In this document: positions 20,913 to 24,909 of the stretch, one piece after another | Layout of the letters: the number at the start of each line of letters is the position of its first letter | Position numbering within the stretch: position 1 is the stretch's first letter | Source: a virus | Taxonomy: Duplodnaviria; Heunggongvirae; Uroviricota; Caudoviricetes | IMG/VR virus record: IMGVR_UViG_3300023371_000071 | DNA: 24,909 bases | Strand: one strand, 5' to 3' | Position numbers and translations under genes: made by a program | The notes under the pieces: model-generated | The model's input: only the letters and a program-made list of their open reading frames with translations | The model's database searches: none | What the model was told of the DNA's origin: nothing

Positions 20913-20941
20913 ATTATACCACAAAAATTTTCATGAGTCAA
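20913..20941 (-). promoter_or_regulatory. sigmaA-type promoter heading the packaging/structural module
   Basis: TTGACT-17 nt-TATAAT with extended TG. Confidence 0.8.
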
Positions 20942-20959
20942 GTAAAAAAGATCGCCCAT

Positions 20960-20988
20960 TTGAAAATTTAAAAAAAATTTGATATAAT
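20960..20988 (+). promoter_or_regulatory. Divergent sigmaA-type promoter
   Basis: TTGAAA-17 nt-TATAAT with extended TG, back-to-back with the leftward promoter. Confidence 0.7.
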
Positions 20989-21019
20989 GTATATAGAAAT
21001 GATAAAGGAGATGACTTCA

Positions 21020-21352
21020 ATGGTACAGAAGATCATTAGTCTGATTTTAATTGTGGCAATTGCGGTCGGTCTATTGTTTGTTGCAATTGGAGCAACCAAA
21101 GGCACAAGTTATTACATCGTGGATAAGGGGTACGCATTGAGCTATATCGATGAATATGCATTTGTACACGATGATGTATTCTGGTTTGTGTTGGGTGACC
21201 AGAGTGGCAAGATGGAGAGCATTACTGTATTTGTGAGTCCAAATTCTTGGTACCGCTATTCTGTAGGTGAGCGATACGGCGGACCAATTGAGAATTTTAT
21301 TACTTATGAAGGTGATGACAGCATTGCTCGTCACTTGGATGGGGTACACTGA
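21020..21352 (+). CDS. Hypothetical protein with N-terminal TM/signal segment, 110 aa
   Basis: AAGGAG SD 9 nt before ATG 21020, hydrophobic IISLILIVAIAVGLLFVAIG segment, TGA overlapping the next ATG. Confidence 0.75.
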   Translation: MVQKIISLILIVAIAVGLLFVAIGATKGTSYYIVDKGYALSYIDEYAFVHDDVFWFVLGDQSGKMESITVFVSPNSWYRYSVGERYGGPIENFITYEGDDSIARHLDGVH

Positions 21353-21750
21353 TGTTCATCCTTAACTCCGTCGGTAGCACGATTCTGCGCGCAGAAGAAA
21401 AATTTATGCGAGAGGTTGCACCGACGATGGGACTAGAAAATCCCTTTAAGCGTAAACATAAAGTACTAGCGAGTATGTTTAAAGAGGTAAATACTGGCCA
21501 GTACAAAAGAGTCCCAGATGAAAAATTAGATTGGAGCGACTATCCTACAGAAGAAGAGTGCGCGCATTGGGAAAGAGAAAAAAACCACTATGTGGCGAAG
21601 CAAGTATTGCTTCGCCATGGATGGGTGGAACTACAGAAATTTGCGGAAAGCCGACATGTGGAAGAAGTGTTGAAAAGTTTACTGCCCTGTGAAGCAGAGA
21701 GTGGTCAATGTCACATGGATTGTTATATGAGAGGAGAATGTCATCTATAA
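21352..21750 (+). CDS. Hypothetical protein, 132 aa, Cys-rich C-terminus
   Basis: TGATG and TAATG translational coupling at both ends; ends in CEAESGQCHMDCYMRGECHL. Confidence 0.7.
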   Translation: MFILNSVGSTILRAEEKFMREVAPTMGLENPFKRKHKVLASMFKEVNTGQYKRVPDEKLDWSDYPTEEECAHWEREKNHYVAKQVLLRHGWVELQKFAESRHVEEVLKSLLPCEAESGQCHMDCYMRGECHL

Positions 21751-22526
21751 TGAAATGGCAAGAAATGATTGGTCAAACTTTTAAGACATTAACTGTTATT
21801 CGGCGTCCTTCTAAAGAAGAGACACCTTGGAAGAGTCATTCGACACCACTGCTATGTAAATGCAATCAATGCGGCAAGGAAGCTATTTTGCGGAAAGAAG
21901 ATGTTGAAAAGGGTTGTGTTGATTGCAGAATCGCCGCAGGAGAAATTTCAGGTGGTAGAGGTCATCAAGCCTTAAAAATGGGAGATAGGTTTGGTAAATT
22001 AACAGTGATTGAATATGATTTACCTTATAAAACCGCGGGTGGAAGATATACTTCTTATGTTAAATGTCAATGTGATTGCGGCAATGTGGTTTCAGTGCGA
22101 AAAGACCATTTAACTGGATATAAGCGCGGTAGCGATAGAGATGGATATAAATATACTGTATCGTGTGGCTGTTCTCAAGTATCTGCTGGTGAACTATACG
22201 TGCGGACAATGCTGCAAGATCTTGATGTAATATTTGAAGAGCAATATTCCATTGAAGAGCTGTCTACAGGTTTAAAGTTTGATTTTGCGGTTTTTGATTC
22301 AAATAGACAGTTATCTTATTTAATTGAATATGATGGAGAGCAGCATTTTAAGGCTGTTGAAGCATGGGGCGGAGAAGAAAAATTACAAATTCAAAAAGAG
22401 CGGGATGAGCGCAAGAACGTATACTGTAAAGAGCAAGGGATCCCTTTAATTAGAATTCCCTATACCGTTAAACTTTCCAATCTCACTTTTGATGATATAT
22501 CTCCGTCTTCCAGATTTCAAATTTGA
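21750..22526 (+). CDS. Free-standing homing-endonuclease-like protein (Cys-rich DNA-binding repeats plus DUF559/Vsr-like nuclease), about 258 aa
   Basis: Two repeats G..F..LTVI...C.C..CG (the second ending SCGC), typical of phage endonuclease DNA-binding modules, followed by S.GE...LKFDFAVFD...LIEYDGEQHF...LIRIPY. The start is placed at the TAATG overlap. Confidence 0.75.
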   Translation: MKWQEMIGQTFKTLTVIRRPSKEETPWKSHSTPLLCKCNQCGKEAILRKEDVEKGCVDCRIAAGEISGGRGHQALKMGDRFGKLTVIEYDLPYKTAGGRYTSYVKCQCDCGNVVSVRKDHLTGYKRGSDRDGYKYTVSCGCSQVSAGELYVRTMLQDLDVIFEEQYSIEELSTGLKFDFAVFDSNRQLSYLIEYDGEQHFKAVEAWGGEEKLQIQKERDERKNVYCKEQGIPLIRIPYTVKLSNLTFDDISPSSRFQI

Positions 22527-22669
22527 TTTAGTGGGAATTGTGACCAGGTATAACCCCTTTTCTCTTTCAAAATAATTTTTTTCCCGAAAGGGTGCCCGGA
22601 GGGTGAATGTTGAATGGATTTACATACCAGAAAAAAATACAAGAGTACTGCCAGCATCTGGAACGCTCG

Positions 22670-22698
22670 TCGGGGCGTGCATGGTCGGCACGCCCCGA
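22670..22698. repeat. GC-rich inverted repeat (11-bp stem)
   Basis: TCGGGGCGTGC-ATGGTCG-GCACGCCCCGA; no clear U tract. Confidence 0.8.
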
Positions 22699-22802
22699 GT
22701 TTGCGCAATAAACCTGTCATGCAACAAAAGCGTCGCGAATGCATTGAATGCATCATGTTAAGTGTTATCCTAAAACTTAATAAAAAAAATTGTAAAAACC
22801 TA

Positions 22803-22831
22803 TTGACAAACGCGGTCAGTTGTAGTATACT
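22803..22831 (+). promoter_or_regulatory. Early-type sigmaA promoter 1
   Basis: TTGACA-17 nt-TATACT with an A-rich upstream element. Confidence 0.85.
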
Positions 22832-22882
22832 ATAATCACAGCAAGGGACAAGAGCCCAGCTGAAAGAAAGGAAGTAACTACA

Positions 22883-23161
22883 ATGATGACTGCTGAAATG
22901 CTGATGACCATGCTGGAAACCCTCGAACAGGCTGGCGATGTTGAAATCCGTCGCGAATCCGACACTGAAATCTGTGTGGATTTCATCGACTTCATCGGCT
23001 TCGATGATGACTGGTGTGAGCAGTTCCGTGACTATACCATGCCTGAGCTGGTTGAGCAGGTGCAGGACATCATCGACGAGCTGGGCACTGGTGACTTCTA
23101 CCATGAAGTGGTGCTTGATGGTGTGGGCTTCATGTTCGGTTGTACCTCTTACGACATCTAA
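22883..23161 (+). CDS. Small, highly acidic hypothetical protein, 92 aa
   Basis: Own promoter, AAGGA SD and TAA stop; 24 Asp/Glu versus 3 Arg and 0 Lys by my count. Confidence 0.8.
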   Translation: MMTAEMLMTMLETLEQAGDVEIRRESDTEICVDFIDFIGFDDDWCEQFRDYTMPELVEQVQDIIDELGTGDFYHEVVLDGVGFMFGCTSYDI

Positions 23162-23242
23162 GAGGTCACCGAGCACGGGCCTAGCTAGCCAACAAACAAG
23201 AGACACAACAAATAATTAACAAAAATAATCTGTATAAACCTA

Positions 23243-23271
23243 TTGACAAACATCCTGAAACCTGCTATAAT
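23243..23271 (+). promoter_or_regulatory. Early-type sigmaA promoter 2
   Basis: TTGACA-17 nt-TATAAT with extended TG. Confidence 0.9.
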
Positions 23272-23309
23272 AGGTAGTGTCAAGGGAACAACGAAAGGAG
23301 ATCAAAGCA

Positions 23310-23618
23310 ATGTTTATCCTCATGAAGTATTCGAAGGTAGAAAGTACTCGCACTCGCACCGCCGCACACAGAGTAGGTCTGTTCCGCACTCGCAAAGGTG
23401 CAAACAGAGTGATGGCAAGGCTTCTGGAAGCAGAAAAAAAGAAGCCTGTACCTGCCACTTTCAAGGTGGAACATGAGTGCTATTACAGTACCCGCGCATT
23501 CTGGGATGCTGTTGCACAGATGTACTGGGGTTGGCAGGATCGCCGCTATGCCAAACTGTTGGCGAAGTTCGACCGCATCCAGCAGAAGCTCGAAGCCATG
23601 AGGAGGGCAAGAGGATGA
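23310..23618 (+). CDS. Basic hypothetical protein, 102 aa
   Basis: AAAGGAG SD 9 nt before ATG 23310, TGA stop, Arg/Lys-rich. Confidence 0.75.
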   Translation: MFILMKYSKVESTRTRTAAHRVGLFRTRKGANRVMARLLEAEKKKPVPATFKVEHECYYSTRAFWDAVAQMYWGWQDRRYAKLLAKFDRIQQKLEAMRRARG

Positions 23619-23733
23619 ACAGCGCAAGGTTTAAGAAGCTCGTCAAGAGGAAAGAAAAGCAAGTCTATGCACAGAGGAGGGAAGAGCGATCTTCCCCCTC
23701 GAAAAAAAAGATAAAAAAGTTTGCGGAAAAGGC

Positions 23734-23762
23734 TTGACAAATACCCTAAGACGTGCTATACT
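23734..23762 (+). promoter_or_regulatory. Early-type sigmaA promoter 3
   Basis: TTGACA-17 nt-TATACT with extended TG and an A-rich upstream element. Confidence 0.85.
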
Positions 23763-23809
23763 AATAGTGTCGAAAGGGACAAGACAAAACACAGAAAGAG
23801 GTAATGAGA

Positions 23810-24247
23810 ATGAAGATCTGGTTCGATATGGATGGTACGATTGCTGACCTGTATGCGGTTGATGGATGGCTTCAGATGCTCCGAGCTTACGACCCTGCAC
23901 CCTACGCAATGGCAAAGCCCATGCACCACATGGCAACGCTGGCAAGGATGCTCAACAGGGCACAGGCACAGGGACACGAACTCTGCATCATCAGCTGGTG
24001 TAGCAAGGAAAGCACTCTTGCCTATGATGAAGCAGTCCGAGCCGCCAAGCTCGCATGGCTCGCCAAGCATCTGCCTTCTGTTCATTGGGATGTGGTGGAG
24101 ATCGTTCCCTATGGGCAGAACAAGTGGGACACCTGCAAGAGCGGCATTCTCTTCGATGATGAAGAGCGCAACCGCAACGCATGGGAACAGGGCAAGGCGT
24201 TCACTCCCGAAACTATCTTCGCCACTCTCTCTGCACTCACTCGCTGA
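23810..24247 (+). CDS. HAD-superfamily phosphatase, 5'(3')-deoxyribonucleotidase-like, 145 aa
   Basis: Motif I FDMDGTIAD at the N-terminus, motif II IISW, motif III K, motif IV ILFDDE; GAGGT SD 7 nt before ATG 23810. Confidence 0.85.
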   Translation: MKIWFDMDGTIADLYAVDGWLQMLRAYDPAPYAMAKPMHHMATLARMLNRAQAQGHELCIISWCSKESTLAYDEAVRAAKLAWLAKHLPSVHWDVVEIVPYGQNKWDTCKSGILFDDEERNRNAWEQGKAFTPETIFATLSALTR

Positions 24248-24281
24248 GTGCAGAGAGCAACAAGAAAGAGAGGTAAATAAC

Positions 24282-24515
24282 ATGGGATTCAGTTATAATA
24301 GTTATAATAGTGATAACTCTGGATGCGCGACTGTGGTTGCGGCGCTGATTGTGCTGGCGCTGGTCATCTTCGCTGGGCCATGGGTTGTACAGATGGGATA
24401 CAATGCAGTGAAGCTGGACTTCAACCTGCCTGACCTGAACTACTGGCAGTTCTTCTGGGCTACCAATGCATTGCAGGTTATCTTCAAGACCAATGTTTCC
24501 AGCAAGAGCAAGTGA
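24282..24515 (+). CDS. Small membrane protein, 77 aa
   Basis: GAGGT SD, ATG 24282, hydrophobic TVVAALIVLALVIFAGPWVV segment, TGA followed by a terminator. Confidence 0.75.
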   Translation: MGFSYNSYNSDNSGCATVVAALIVLALVIFAGPWVVQMGYNAVKLDFNLPDLNYWQFFWATNALQVIFKTNVSSKSK

Positions 24516-24522
24516 TAAATAA

Positions 24523-24558
24523 AAATGCAGGATGACTCCACACATCCTGCATTTCTTT
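24523..24558 (+). terminator. Probable intrinsic terminator ending the early cassette
   Basis: 12-bp stem AAATGCAGGATG/CATCCTGCATTT followed by CTTT, directly after the stop at 24515. Confidence 0.75.
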
Positions 24559-24567
24559 GTCCCTGGC

Positions 24568-24604
24568 CGGCTGGTGCACGGGCGCCAAGTCTGTGCACCA
24601 GCCG
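24568..24604. repeat. GC-rich inverted repeat (12-bp stem)
   Basis: CGGCTGGTGCAC-13 nt-GTGCACCAGCCG. Confidence 0.8.
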
Positions 24605-24668
24605 TATTCCCGCACGCATAGGCTATGCATAATTATTCATTCGCAAGTCGCGCCAAAATGCAAAGAAG

Positions 24669-24909
24669 CCCCATCCCAAAACAGAGCCACTCTCGTCTTC
24701 GCTTGCGCGGGCGGAATTTCACCGTCGTGGATGTATGGGATGGGGTGATCACGTAGGCTAGGGGGACGATTTGAACGTCTCTTCTACTTGCGTAGCGTGC
24801 TAACCGAGCTAACACTACCCGTTCGCCGTGATCTGGAAGCTCTTGATACCTGCGAGAGTTTTGCCACCGAGTAATCGCGAATCCTCAGTGCCCGTAGTGG
24901 TTGTGCTTC
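24669..24909 (-). ncRNA. Structured non-coding RNA with a tRNA-like domain (5' part probably beyond the window)
   Basis: On the minus strand there are a D-arm-like hairpin with AGCTCGGTTA loop, a CTAC-GCAA-GTAG hairpin and a T arm GACG-TTCAAAT-CGTC, enclosed by GATCAC/GTGATC. A second domain is closed by CCCCATCCCA/TGGGATGGGG. No convincing coding frame with an SD. Confidence 0.65.

Larger units (their letters stand above)
1..24909. other. Segment of a TAG-recoded (probably TAG=Gln, table 15) tailed bacteriophage genome
   Basis: Terminase-portal-protease-capsid-neck-tail-tape measure gene order. There are 51 in-frame TAGs in 9 otherwise open genes, no called gene ends in TAG, and I see no host housekeeping genes. 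Confidence 0.95.

Noticed and set aside
23615-23737. 40-aa Lys/Arg-rich ORF (MNSARFKK...) coupled by ATGA overlap
   Set aside because: Possible but unsupported. Its 3' half is the A-rich upstream element and -35 box of the next promoter, which explains the Lys richness.
22517-24283. Long minus-strand ORFs 22517-23206, 23280-23627, 23643-23945, 23756-24283 and plus ORFs 22614-22835, 22938-23219, 23832-24281 extension
   Set aside because: They overlap genes with clear promoters and SDs in other frames, and the higher GC makes long spurious frames likely.
24690-24745. FMN or cobalamin riboswitch suggested by GGTGAAATTCC
   Set aside because: Only the generic T-loop hairpin matches. The other conserved riboswitch elements and a downstream regulated gene are missing.
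24757-24824. Canonical or amber-suppressor tRNA gene
   Set aside because: No 7-nt anticodon loop, only 3-4 acceptor base pairs and no CCA. The CTA trinucleotide lies in a stem.

Overview
The window is part of a large tailed-phage genome, probably a siphovirus of a Bacillota host (consensus sigmaA promoters with extended TG -10, GGAGG Shine-Dalgarno sites, no tail sheath gene in view). It uses TAG as a sense codon, most likely Gln (translation table 15). I translated the gaps between the fragmented ORFs by hand. Nine minus-strand genes then become continuous, with 51 in-frame TAG codons in total and no TAA/TGA. All 24 complete genes I call end in TAA or TGA. Positions 1-20.9 kb on the minus strand form one packaging and morphogenesis module. 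In transcription order it runs: Zn-ribbon/HTH protein, Zn-finger protein (TerS candidate), TerL, small PD-(D/E)xK nuclease, portal, protease-scaffold, capsid accessory protein, major capsid, neck proteins, tail tube, tail completion, chaperone, and a tape measure protein of more than 1600 aa. Divergent promoters at 20.9-21.0 kb separate this from plus-strand, TAG-free genes. These are a membrane protein, a homing-endonuclease-like gene, and a GC-richer cassette of small genes behind three near-consensus promoters, including a very acidic protein and a HAD nucleotidase. The right edge holds a structured minus-strand non-coding RNA with a tRNA-like domain that lacks an anticodon loop and CCA. 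Product names come from motif recognition and gene order, not database searches.
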